DNA of 63,628 nucleotides, filler included, from Reclinomonas americana ATCC 50394 (lineage: Eukaryota): NCBI GenBank assembly GCA_048213135.1. It is 19 parts of 19 records of this genome, joined end to end, with 100 filler letters (N's around TTAATTAATTAA, not from the genome) between each part and the next. Parts side by side here need not be neighbours in the genome. Positions count along the whole stretch, not along the records: positions 13,730 to 20,875 come from AFZH01017833.1; positions 20,976 to 23,760 come from AFZH01017835.1; positions 23,861 to 25,648 come from AFZH01017836.1; 16 more parts are not named here. One strand, given 5' to 3'. A program made the translations under genes and the position numbers. Below, in pieces: positions 13,630 to 25,611 of the stretch. The stretch's first letter is position 1; the number at the start of each line of letters is the position of its first letter. The notes beneath the pieces are model-generated. The model had not been told where the DNA came from, did no database searches, and saw only the letters and a list, made by a program, of their open reading frames with translations.

Positions 13630-15144
13630 NNNNNNNNNNNNNNNNNNNNNNNNNNNNNNNNNNNNNNNNNNNNTTAATTAATTAANNNNNNNNNNNNNNN
13701 NNNNNNNNNNNNNNNNNNNNNNNNNNNNNCTCTCCCCCTCTCACTCTCCCTCTCTTCCTCTCTATCTTTCTCTCTCTCTCTCTTCCTCTCCGTCTCTTTC
13801 GCTCTCACTCCTTCATTTCGCTCGTTTGTTTGCCCTGTTTCCTTTTGTCTGTACTCCATGATTTCGTTTGCGTGGATCCTCCCGCTGCTCGCTATGTGTT
13901 CCTTCAGTTTCATGAGCAGTCCCGTTTCTGCTGCTTCGTCTCGGTGGCCATCTCTCTCTCACGCACACGCACTCTCCTGGCTCCGTGTCTGCTTCCTCGT
14001 TTCTTGTGCTTGTCTTTGTTGCTGCTGTTGCTCGATTATTCTTCTGCGAATGTCGCAACCGCTCCCTCGCCCTCTTCGACCTGTTTCTTCTTGCGCCATC
14101 TCATTTTCTATGACAGCTCACTTTGTTGACATCTTCATCTTCTCTCTGGCGCTTTTGTTGTCGTTGCTGCAATTGGCATTTCTATTTCTTATCTCTCTTC
14201 CTCTTTCTGATTGTCTGCTCTTCTTCCCTCACCTGTTCTTGTTTTGCATCCGTGTGCTCATTTGAATGTTTGTGCTTGTCTTATCCCCTTCCTTACTTTC
14301 TTTCTCCCCAAACTTCTTTCCTTTTTACCCCTTCCCCCTTTCCGACCACCCATCTCTCTTCCCCCTTTCTCCTCCTCTCCCACCAGACGGAACCACCACT
14401 CCTGTCCTCCGCGCCACCGCCGCCGCCGTCGGTACATAACCCTCTCCCCCTTCCCCTCTCAACCCTCCTCCCTCCTCCTTCCTTCCTCCTCTTGATCATT
14501 CATTCCCTCTTCCCCCTTCCCCCCTTCCGGCAGACTCCAAGCACCTGTCCACCGACCTCCTGGTCGGCGCCGCCACCAACTCTGGCCGAAACACCCCCGT
14601 GGACACCGCCAAGTCGGCCGCTCGCACCCCGCCGCGCTCCGACGACGAAGGCAACGGCCATCGCGCACCACTTGTACAACACTCGGCGCACCTCTCGCTG
14701 CTGCCAAAGGGCGCCCTCGCCACAGTGGTCATGGACGACAGCGACCCGTTCACTCCCGTGGTGACGAATCACAGCAGTGCCGGGGCGGCGGCGGCGGCTG
14801 CAGCGGCCGCCTTCTCGCCACCCGTGCAACTCAACGTCAGCGGTCACCCGCGCCTCTACAGCACGCCGAGTCCACTGCCGGCCATGGCGCACCTGCAGAG
14901 TTCGACCCCGCCAAGCCCCGCCGGCTCTGTCGGTAGCAGTCACAGTGGCATCAGTCCGCACTCGGTTTCGTCGTCGATCGGTGGTGCTGCGTCTTCGACC
15001 GCCTCCGCCACGCTGCGTGTGCGCAAGCCGCAAGCCGACATTATCGCCTCGTTCATGGCGGCGTCGCCCACCATGACCACCACGCTCGGTGCCGTCACGC
15101 GGCCTTCTGCGCCCTCCTCGCGCACCGCCAGCATTAGCGAGTAA
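10956..15144 (+). CDS. Hypothetical single-pass membrane protein with long Ser/Pro-rich disordered region, multi-exon, spans gap 13630-13729
   Basis: Exon 1 10956-11165 (MQALDYHQIAYNLLQALAVVSSIILLNRLLYW..). Phase-compatible exons near 11719, 11833, 11961, 12407, 12672, 14387 and 14534-15144 (TAA). No recognised domain. Confidence 0.6.
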
Positions 15145-15264
15145 TTAGGCGTGCCGCGCGGGTGGACGGTCGGGGGAAACAATAATGGTTGGTTAATGGT
15201 TGGCGGTGTGGTTGGTATGGTTGGCGGTGTGGTTGGTGGTGGTTGTTGTTGGTGGGTTGGTTGG

Positions 15265-16448
15265 TTAGTTTGCGCCGAGGAGGGCCAGGCGGGGCCAGTA
15301 GCCCTGCCGGACTAGGCGCCGGACGCGCCAGACCTCGTCGCACCACAGCACGTACAGACGGTGAAAGAGGTCGGGGTGCGCCGCGGACGAGTCATTCGAC
15401 CGATCGCATCGACCGCTGGCCTCGTACTCCCACGGCTTCTCGGTCGAGTAGTAGTGGACGTAGTAGAGGCTGTCGAAATCCCACATGCGACGGTACGTGC
15501 GCGACAGCGCATCGTTGCCTCCGTACGGGCTGAGCCCGAATGTAAATGGTAATCCTGTCCACCTGCAACATGTGTGAGGAGAGAGAGTGAACGGAGCAGA
15601 GGCAGCGAGACCAACCGTCGACCCTGCACGCCAAACTCGGCCATGTGACTGGTGGCCAGCACGCGCTGAAGGATGCCCTGATCGCCAGTACGCATCGTCG
15701 GCACATCATCGGGCTTGGCCGCAAACGCCACCAACTCAGCGTACAAGTCGGCACTTGGCGCCAGCGTAAAGAGGCCCGAGTTGAGATCCTGATAGACGCG
15801 TCCCTCGTTGCCCCAGGCATCGTGCGAGAAGGCCAGCGGCGGAAACGTAAACAAAAAGTCAAAGTTGCGCACAACAACACCGTCCAAGTCGAGGTACACG
15901 AGGCGGTCCCACTCAAACAACCGAAACACCTCCAGTTTGTCGACGGCCACGCGTTGCGCGCCCTTGGCCTCATTCAAATTGTCATGCAAGAACGGCACAT
16001 GCCGGTGATCGTCGCCAAAGTGCGCCACGTGGCGAAAGGTCGCACGCCACTCGTGCACCAGCTCCAACTCGCGATCGGTGAACTGCGGAAGCACCTCCGT
16101 CGCAATGTCCATCGTGCACATGATGACCAGTGGAAATCGCGAGTGAACGCGCACTCGCAGCGAGTGCAGCAGTGCCAGCAGTGCCTCCACGTAGACGCGC
16201 TTGTGCTCGGGGTTGTGGTAAAAGGTGACGTAGGCGTGGCGATGGGGTTGCGAGAGGAGAGGGAAGTGGCAGGCGTGAGGGGCGCAGGTGAGCAGCACGT
16301 GACCGGGTGTGTAGGCGGTGGTGGTGGTGGAGAGGCGACGCAGGGAGGAGCGGGTGAAGGTGGTGAGGAGGAGCAGAGGGGCGAGGAGGCATAGGAGGGT
16401 GGCGATGACGCAGAAGGAGATGGGGAAGGAGGCGCGCGCTCGCTGCAT
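15265..16448 (-). CDS. Glycosyltransferase family 8 protein, type II membrane topology
   Basis: N-terminal hydrophobic anchor, HAYVTF, KLEVFRLFEWDRLVYLDLDGVVVRN (DxD), LNSGLF and GDQGIL. After one intron: VHYYSTEKPW. Confidence 0.9.
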
Positions 16449-16629
16449 CGGGGAGGTGATGGGTGGAGTTGTCCTGTGCGGTCAGTGAGTGAGATGGTGG
16501 GTAAAAAGGGGAGGAGGTGGATAGATGGGAAGGAGGGGTAAGAGGGGGAAAGGGGGGAAAGGGGGAAGGAGGGCGAAAGGAGGGGAGGGATTGCAAGAGT
16601 TGTGAGCAACTTCGCAAAACCAAGATGAG

Positions 16630-17720
16630 ATCATGCGATCGTGTTTTATTGACACAGCTCGGCGTACATTGAAGAGGAGAGAGCTTGCATCACCGCCACT
16701 TCCGTTCTGGATCGTCTGCTCCTGTCGTCGAGGCAGTGGTCGGCAGTTCGTTGCGCAATCGCCTCAAGATACAAGTCCGCTGAGAGGCGATCGACACTCT
16801 TCTCTCATTTGAACGAGAAGAGAGCAACACACTCGATCGCCAGTGACGATCGACAACCGTCTCCCCTCCTAGCAGATGCACACCAAGCAGAGGGATATCC
16901 AGACGACAGCAGGAGCCTTGATTACTCTCGCTTCGATCGCCAATCACAATCGTCGCTGTTCTCGCCCACTTGAAGGAGAGAGATCAGAACGATCGACACT
17001 CATCTCGCCAACACGAAGGGCCAGAGGGAGAGAAAGATAGAGAGAGGCGATCGGCACTCTTCTCATCTCTCTGCAGATCCACACGAAGCAGGGGGAGAGA
17101 CAAACACTGACGACGGACACTCGTCTCTCTGAGAAAAGAGGAGAGCTGCATGAGCCTTTCACTCTCGATCGATCGACAACCCTCATCTCTCCGAGAAGAT
17201 GCACATGAAGCAGACTGGAAGAGACACTGACGATCAACACTCAACGAGCAGAGAGAGCAGGCAGCTCAATCACTCACGATCGCCGGTCACGATCAACGCT
17301 CTTCTCCATGCAGACATACATAAAGGGAAAGATTAGTGTTCCTCGTTCCATCTTCCCTCCGAGCAGATGCACATGAAGACACAAGGAGAGAGACACAGGC
17401 GATCGTCGCACTTCTCCCCCACAAGAAGAGACAGGGAAGAGTCGCCTCGACGCTCTTCTCCATGCAGACGCACATGACGGAAAAGATGAGTGCTCCTCGT
17501 TCCCTCGATCGCCGATCACGATCGACGCTCTTCTTGCCGCGGAGACCATACACACCAACAGAGCAGGAGCCTCGATCACTCTCGATCGCCAGTCACAATG
17601 CTCAAGGAAAGACAGAGCGAGAAGAGAGCCACGATCGACGGAGAGAGAGGGAGAGTACGTCACTCTCTCCTCTCTTCCTCCAGTTCTCTGCCTCTCGCGA
17701 TCGTAAGTCACGATCTATGC
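16630..17720. repeat. Non-coding mosaic array of short modules built around CGATCG
   Basis: 16 CGATCG hexamers in about 1.07 kb. Recurring modules CTCGATCGCCAGTsACGATCG, GCAGATGCACATGAAG, CGCTCTTCTCCATGCAGAC (17297, 17451) and GCAGGAGCCTyGATyACTCTCG (16909, 17563). Confidence 0.85.
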
Positions 17721-18314
17721 TCCTCTCTCCTTGCAACCTCCGAAGGACAACTTGCATGCATCACCCTCCCTTCCCCTCTCCATCTCCTTCTACCTCCCTC
17801 CCTTCCCTCCTCTCACACTTCTCCCCACAAGAAGAGACAGAGAGAGAGGGAGAGTGCTTCATTCTCTCTCGATCGGCTATACACTCTTCTCTCCTTGCAA
17901 CCTCCCTCTCTTGCCATCTCCTTCCCCTTCCCCCTCCCCCTCCCCTTCCCCTTCTGCCACTCAACAAACAAGGCAATGATCACAACAACACCACACAACA
18001 CACTCACCGAAAACACTCACCACACGCTTTTCCCGCCACAAACACACCAATCACACACACACCATGTCCCGTTCCACACGCATCACACGCGTGCCACAAT
18101 CTTCCGGCACTCATCTGCTGCACAAAACACACACACAAACCCAAGCAAAGAGAGAGTGAGTGTCACAAGAGAAGAGTTGGCAGGCGAAATGCCAGTTCAA
18201 TTTTTCGCGCCAAGCCGGTTTCCCTTCTTTGTTTTTCATTTTTGTTTGTCGCTGCTGAGCGCAACACTTCCCCCTCTCTCCTTTTCTCTTTCTCCCCTTT
18301 CCACACACACACAC

Positions 18315-20875
18315 ATGTCAATGCAAGAGGTAGAGATCACGTGGCGCGGTGGCGGCAGTGTCGTCTCTGTCACAGGCGCCTTTTGCGGGTGGAGCAAGTT
18401 TACCGCACTGGAGCGCGTGCCTGTCACCACAAAGACACCCAGTGGCGTCGTGCAGGAGACCGTCTTCCGCGCCATGGTGCCCCTCCCGCTGGGAAAGCAA
18501 GAGATCAAGGTGAGAACGAGAAAAGGGTTTGTCTCTTGCGCGCGTGTGACATCTCTCTCACGCGCGCGCGTGTTTGTGTGCTTTAGTTTGTTGTTGATGG
18601 GCGATGGCGTGTGGACGACGCGATGCCGACGACGACCACGGACGCTGGCACCACCAACAACGTGCTTGTCGTGGTCACGCCTGTCAAGGGCAAGGCAATG
18701 AGTCCGGTGCCGGTTTCCTCGGCCTCGTCGTCGTCGTCGTCGGCGCTCATGTCGCCAGTGTCGACCAATGGAAAGGACGACGCGGACCGCGTGGGTGAGT
18801 GTGTGTGTGTGAGAGAGTGTTTTGGTTTTCGCGCGCTTGGGGTTGGCCATTTCTCACTCACTTGTTGTGTTTGTGTGTTTGTGTTTTGTGTGTGCAGTGG
18901 ATGAGCAGTGCTCGGATGATGGCTCTGTGGGCGAGGTCAGCGCGCACTCGTCGGAGGACGATGTGAGCTCGGAAGGCCGCGCGCGTCACTCTGCTGCAGT
19001 CGGTTTGTTTGTCACACACTCGCTCGCTCGTCTCTCTCTCTTGCTCGCTCACTCGCTCGCTTCTCCTCTGTGCAGTGGCCTCGCCTGCGACGCCGACGGT
19101 GTTGTTTGCTGGTGATGGTGCGTTGATGGGCATGTCACAAACTGAGAAAGCGCGCCAACACGCGCCCGCCTTCATTTCGCGCCAGTATGCACTCTCGTCG
19201 CACCAACTCACTCACACGCACTCTTCTTCTTTCGTGTGTCTTCGCGGAGTGTGTGTCTGTGGTGGGGTGCACATTTTTTTGGCGCGCAAACTTTTATCTC
19301 ACTTTATATAACACGCAGCTGTCAAGGCCGCTGGTGGCTCGCCATCGCCGCTGCGCAGTTGCGTTCCACTCGTGTGTGTCCATTTATGTATTCATGACCG
19401 ACTCATCATTGCGTGTATTGTCTACAACAACGCAGTGTCTGCGGGCATGACTCGTGTGGTGGTGGAGCAGTGCCCGCTGCGTGTGTGGCCGGGCACCCCC
19501 GGTCGCCCGATTGAGGCGGTGTCGATGACGCTGCACGTGCTGTGGCAGGAGACGGTCGGCGGTCAGCTGAACCGCAAGTCCATTGAGGTTGGTTGTCCGC
19601 ATGCGCAAACGCGAAGCGGTTGCATGTCGACTGATCGAATTCGGGTGCTTTGCGCGCAGATTGAGATGGACGTGGCTGCTCCCTTCCTGCGCCTGCACGA
19701 GGTCGCTGCGGCTGCGGACGTGTTGCCGCGCGGCATTGACTTTTGGTGCTGGGCCATTGGACCGTACTTTATGCCTCTCGACCGCACCTATGCCGGCAGC
19801 GAGAAGACCTTGAAGCACGTCGAGGCTCGCAAGGGTCTGTGCGCTCTCGGCCAGCTGATCCACGAGTCGCACGTGGAGTACGGCGCCCCGCCGCGCTCGG
19901 TCTACGTTGTGGGTGAGTTGTTGCCTCCTTGCATGAACGAAAAAAGTGATGTGCCTGCTGCTGACTCACTCGTTCGTCTGTGCAGGCTCTCCCCAGCCCG
20001 TGTTCACCACCGAGGCCGAGGCCGTCCTCGAGCAGTTCATGATCGGCAACTCAGTGCGCGCCACGGAGCACGCCGTTATGATGCAGGAGGTCGATGTGGG
20101 TGCTGTGGGCGAGGACACCGACGCCGTGCTGCCGATCCGCGTGCACGTGTTTTTCGACGGCGAGCTGCGCCATGTGCTGCGCGCCAAGGTCAGCACGCGC
20201 TCCAACGTCAACGACCTGGTGCTGCACATTAGCGAGGCGCAGCCCGACGTGGCCGCCGCCCTGTCGCCGCTGTCGCACATCTCCATGTTCTGCAACGGCC
20301 ACAAGGTGTCGAGCTACTGGACGTTTGCCGGCACCCAGTTCCCGGTGGCGGCCAATGATGTGGTCGAGCTGCGCAGTTGCGTCTATTCTGACTGTGCGCA
20401 TCTGATCATCCAAGTGACTCACATCCACCCGTGGCTTGTTTTTTGAACAGACTTTGCCGTGCGCCCGGCCCCTGTGGAGCCAGTGGCAGTCGTGTCGGCT
20501 GTGATGGCTCGCCCGGTTGTGGCGGCCAAGCCACTGACCATGTCGGAGCCGGTGTCGCCGGTGGTCCCGGTGGCGGTGGCGACTGAGGTTTGTGTTGTGT
20601 TCCCCCAAAGAGTGAGGTGTGCATTGTCTTATCTCTCTCCTGGGTGTGCAGACGGTCGAGAATGGCGAGTCGTCATCCGCTGCCCGTCGTCGCGACCGCG
20701 TCAAGGAGCGCAAGGAGCGCCGCCAGCAGGAGCAGGCGCAGGAGGTGACTGTGCCTGTGCCGACTGCCGCTGTGGTCGAGAAGGTCGTTGTCGTCAACAA
20801 GCCGGTCGCCGTCGTCGAGCCCGTGGTTGTCGAGAAGACCACCACGGAGGTGGTCGCCGTCGTCGTCGCCGCCAC
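18315..20875 (+). CDS. CBM48 (AMPK-beta-type glycogen-binding domain) protein with putative ubiquitin-like domain(s); 3' end in gap
   Basis: VEITWRGGGSVVSVTGAFCGW..LPLGKQEIK|FVVDGRWRVDDAMPT..GTTNNVLVV matches the AMPK-beta GBD pattern. Downstream IRVHVFF..VSTRSNVNDL..MFCNGHKV..NDVVELR has a beta-grasp-like pattern (inference). Confidence 0.8.
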
Positions 20876-20975
20876 NNNNNNNNNNNNNNNNNNNNNNNNN
20901 NNNNNNNNNNNNNNNNNNNTTAATTAATTAANNNNNNNNNNNNNNNNNNNNNNNNNNNNNNNNNNNNNNNNNNNN

Positions 20976-21024
<49 letters not shown>

Positions 21025-21424
21025 GTGAGTGAGTGAGTGAGAGAGAGAGAGTGAGAGAGAGACAAGAGAAAGAGTGACTTTGACTGAATGTTATGCAAGT
21101 GAGCAAGTGTGAGTGTGTGTGTGTGAGGGTGTGAGAGTGTGCAGTGCGTGCTCAGTGTGTGTGCAGGAGAGAGAGAGAGAGAGAGAGAGAGCGCGAGTGA
21201 GAAGAAAGAAGAAAAAGAGTGACTTTACTGAATGTTATGCAAGTGAGCAAGTGTGTGTGTGAGAGAGTGTTGTGTGCGTGTGTGTGTGTGCTATTGTTGT
21301 GCAGTGTGCGCTCAGTGTGTGTGCATGCAAGGGATGAGAGACAGGGGCAAGTTCAACGTGTGACATGTCCCTCTCTTTCTCTTCTCACCCCCTCCTCTCT
21401 CTCTCTGTGCGTTTGTGTGTTTAG

Positions 21425-23112
21425 ACCGCGAGACTGGTGCCTCACAAGGCTACGCATTCCTCGAGTTCCCGTCGTTGGAGCACGCACGCGCAGCATTGAA
21501 TTCGTACAATGGACAGGCCATTCCCAACGCGTATGGGAAGCTGTTTCGACTGAACTGGTCGCACACCAGTGCCATGTCGTCGCTGCATGGGGGATATGAT
21601 GGAGGATCGGGCACGTCGGCTGCGGCGGCGTCGGGGTGCGTGTGGGAGGGGAAGAAGGGTGAAGGAGGAGAAGGGTGAAGGAGCAGAGTGTTGTCTTCAT
21701 GGGCTTGCTCTTACTCACACTCATCTAGCTCTTGCGTTCCTGCATCTCTTTCGTTGTCTTGCATTGTCTCTGTGTCTGTTTCATGTGCTTGCACCTCGTG
21801 CTTTTCCGCGTTTCTTGGCATTCTTGCATTGTCATTGCACCTGTTCGTGGGCTTGCACTGCGCTGACCCTCGTTGGTGGTGCCTCTCTTGCATTCGTTTC
21901 TTTGCTCTGCTACCTCTGCGCCTCTTAGGGGGTTGTGCTGCATTGACCCTTTGTTGGTGATGCATCTGTTCTCGTTCTTGCGTTGTCACTGAATCTGTTT
22001 CTTTGACCTTTCACCTCGCACATCATCGTCTTTGTATCTCACCAAATCTGCTCGTGTTCGCCCCTTGCGCCATCCCTTCTCCCTCGCGGTATCCCTTCTC
22101 CCTCGCGCCATCATTTCTCCCTTGTACTATCTCCTTCTCCCTCGCGGTATCCCTTCTCACTCGCGCCATCATTTCTCCCTCGCGCTATCCCTTGTCCCTT
22201 GCTTCTCCCGCCCCGTCCCTTGCTTCTCCCTCGCGCCATCCCTTGTCCCTTGCTTCTCCCTTGCTTCTCCCTTGCTTCTCCCTTGCTGTTCCCTCGCCCC
22301 CTCCCTTGCCATTTCCGCTGTATCACCAACATGCTTCACCCTTCCCTCCCTTGCAATCTGCCCTTTCACCGGGTTCTTAGCTACGACACCTCCCACAGCG
22401 CCAGCGATGAGTTCTCCATTTTCGTCGGTGACTTGGCACACGAGGTCGACGATGCGACGCTGTTTGTTGCGTTTGTGTTTTTTGTTGCCTCTCACCTATC
22501 CCTTTTCTTCGCCTGACACGCCACTCTCCGTAGAACACATTCGCCGGTCGCTTCCCGTCGTGCAAGAGCGCCAAGGTGGTCACGGAGCCGGGCACCGAGC
22601 TGTCCAAGGGCTACGGCTTTGTGCGCTTCTGGAACTCGGCCGACGGGCGACGAGCGATTGACGAGATGCAGGGTGTGTACCTGGCTGGCCGACCATTGCG
22701 TCTGGCCGAAGCCACTCCACGACGCAGTGCCACGTCGGGCATGACTGGCGGCGCACCGCCACCAGTGCCCGACAGCGATCCGAACAACACCACCATTTTC
22801 GTGGGCGGCATTGACGGGTCGATCACGGAGGGCGAGCTGAAGGCGTTGCGTCTTCACATCTTTTTCGCAAGAGAGAGAGAAAGTTCTTACATACTCTTCG
22901 CCAGTCATTTTGATCCGTACGGTGAGGTGGTATCGGTGCGCATTCCCATTGGTCGCGGCTGCGGCTTCGTGTCGTTCGCGTACAAGGCTCAGGCGCAGGC
23001 TGCGATTGATCACATGCACAACTCCATGGTCGGTAACAATCGAATTCGTCTGGCGTGGGGCAAGCAGTCGTCAAATCGCGTGCAGCAGTCGACTGGCATT
23101 GTTGGACACTCA
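21425..23112 (+). CDS. Three-RRM RNA-binding protein of the Nam8/Ngr1/RBP45-47/TRNAU1AP family (partial)
   Basis: DRETGASQGYAFLEF..FRLNWS; SIFVGDLAHEVDD..FPSCKSAKVV..SKGYGFVRF..IDEMQGVY..RPLRL; DPNNTTIFVGGID..GRGCGFVSF..RIRLAWGK. Confidence 0.9.
22060..22300. repeat. Intronic minisatellite, about 20-nt unit (TTCTCCCTCGCGxxATCCC variants)
   Basis: Tandem imperfect copies visible directly. Confidence 0.7.
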
Positions 23113-23454
23113 GTTGCGTACTCGTCGACTGATCGTGGGGAGAGTGAGGGGGAGAATGGGGGAGGGAGAGAGGGAGGGGAGGGTCGAATGAATGAAGGAG
23201 AGGCACACACACAGACACACACACACACACACAGTCAGACAGACAGGCAGAGAGAGAGAGAGAGAGAAAGGGGAGTGCACTGCACAGACGCAAGAGAGCG
23301 AGCACAAGAGATCGAGCACAAGAGACGGAGAGAGAGAGATGGAGAGACGGAGAGATGCCGCTGAAGCGGACGACAGAAAGTCTCTTCCTCTCCCCCTCTC
23401 GCCTTCTCGCTCTCCCCTTCTCGCTCCCCATGTGCTCTCCTTTCTTTACTCCCT

Positions 23455-23650
23455 TCCCTTCCCCCCTTTGCTCTTCCCCCTTCGCTCGTTCCCCTTCGCT
23501 CTTCCCCCTTTGCTCTTCCCCCTTTGCTCTTCCCCCTTTGTTCTCCCCCCTTCGCTCTTCCCCCTTTGCTCTTCCCCCTTTGCTCTCCCCCATTTGCTCT
23601 TCCCTTCTCGCTCCCCTTTGCTCTTCCCCCTCTGCTCTTCCCCCCATGCT
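23455..23650. repeat. Intronic minisatellite, 15-nt unit CCCCTTTGCTCTTCC
   Basis: About a dozen tandem imperfect copies. Confidence 0.75.
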
Positions 23651-24032
23651 CTTCTCCCCCTTCTCCCCCTTCTCTCCCTCCTTCCCTTCTCCCCCTTTCC
23701 CCCTTCCCCTTCTTCTCCCCCTTCTCCCCCTTTACCCCTTCCCCTTCTTCTCACCCTTCTNNNNNNNNNNNNNNNNNNNNNNNNNNNNNNNNNNNNNNNN
23801 NNNNTTAATTAATTAANNNNNNNNNNNNNNNNNNNNNNNNNNNNNNNNNNNNNNNNNNNNGATGGAGAGCAGAGGCCTCGACGATCTCGAGTTCACCGAC
23901 GGCCCACAGCGCTAAATCACCGTCTGTCCCTTCTCCTTCGTCCCCCACTTGCCCTTCTCCTCTTTGCTCCTGTGACTGTTTGGCAACAATGAACCAGATT
24001 TCCTCACTCACTCATTCATTCCCTCCTCTTCG

Positions 24033-24603
24033 TCAAGGCGACGATGCCGACTCTGCAGGCATCACAGTCGCCAGTCGAGCTCGTCGTCGCGATGCCGCTC
24101 GCCCATACACCATCGACTCTGCCACGTCCTCCGCCGCCGAGGCAACAGTCGACACTCCGCGTTCATGCACGCCTACTGCGCCTCCACCTGCGCCCAGCAC
24201 AGGTCGAGTCGTGGCCCACGCAGGTCCAGCTGCCTCTGGTGGTCCCCCACCAGCAGTGCTCTCTGTTGACTTGGCAGGAGGAGCGGGAAGAGCGCGTTGA
24301 GATCCATTGAAATGCGCAGTGATTTTGTCGTCCAAGTTGTGCATCAAACGCTGCGCCAGAGGCTCGTAGGGACGCCCAAAGACGCGCCAGTACTCCACTT
24401 TCAGAAGCTCGTGGTGCAAGTACAAGTGGTCTGTGTGAGATTGAGAGTGTGAGAGACAAGTGTGTGACTCTCTTTCTCTCTCCCGCGCGCTCACCAATGG
24501 CGAGCAGTGCAAGCACACTGATAAAGGCGTTGCGTGTGAGACGCGCAGAGTAGCCGACCATGCGCAGTGGCCATTTGGTGAGCAGAGTCACCAGGCCAAA
24601 CAT
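24033..24603 (-). CDS. Small hypothetical membrane protein, two exons
   Basis: MFGLVTLLTKWPLRMVGYSARLTRNAFISVLALLAI joined by a G|GTGAGC..CAG phase-1 intron to DHLYLHHELLKVEYWRVFGRPYEPLAQRLMHNLDDKI..; ends TGA. Confidence 0.6.
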
Positions 24604-24707
24604 CTCTCTCCCGCCTTTCCAAACACAAAGCCCACAGGACCCGAGACAACTCTCACTTCGAGGCTTTTACTCCTCCATATTGGATAATAATCTTTTTCTC
24701 TTTAAAG

Positions 24708-25574
24708 CTATAGACGGCGTCCACCTGCGGCGCCGGTTCGCAGCGGGAATGGTGGCGGTTGCGGCATGACGACGGGCGAAGGATCCGGGTCCGACATGGG
24801 CGACGAGCTCTGGTAGGCCAGCGATGAATCGGTCTCCAAGTGCGGGAAGGCGCTGTCGGTGCTGCTGAGCGCGCGACGTGGCGTGGCGAGGTGCGCTGGT
24901 GGCGGTGGAGGCAGGTCGGGCGGCAGGCGGTGATCCTTCTCGTCGAGGTTGTGATGCTCAATGTCGATGTGCTTGATGAGGTCGTTCTTGGTCAGCAGGC
25001 CCACGAACTGGCCCTCGTCGACCAGCACGCAATAGCGAATGCCCATGCTGGTGAAGAAGGCGTAGATGCGGTGCAGAGGGGTGGTGTCCAGCAGCTGCAC
25101 CGGCGCCATGTCGAGCGTGCCACTAAAGTCAATGACATTGGCACTCTGGGCGGCCAGCTCGTCGCTCCACTTGAAGATGCACACGGGGCTGTCCATGGCG
25201 CGCACGGCCGGGTTCTGTTCGCAGTCGCGAATGACCTGATGGAGTGACAGGCGCGAAACGTAGCCGACAAACGTGTTGGTCTCTGCGTTGATCACGGGGT
25301 AGCCGCGGAACTTGTGCGTGTTGACCGCCGACTCTGTGCGCCCATCGACTGTCAGCTGCATGCGAGAGGGATTCGCAAGGCATTCGTGTGCAGTGCTGAC
25401 GCAACTCAGTTCGGCCAATGTCGACACGCTGTGCAGCACGGCGAGCTCGTTCACAGGTCTCATGATGTCGCGCACCAGCAACTGGCTCTTGATGCTGACA
25501 TTCGGCTCCAAGTACGGCAGCCGCTTGCCTTGAATGTGCAGCTCGTAGCTGTCGAGGTGTGAGGAGGACACGAC

Positions 25575-25611
<37 letters not shown>

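Noticed and set aside
16630..17720. Cyanobacterial HIP1-containing insert
   Set aside because: Core CGATCG is abundant but the full GCGATCGC octamer was not seen, and there is no bacterial-like ORF.
15265..20875. GT8 plus CBM48 as a glycogen-initiation gene pair
   Set aside because: The GT8 has an N-terminal membrane anchor typical of secretory-pathway enzymes, not cytosolic glycogenin; adjacency is probably incidental.
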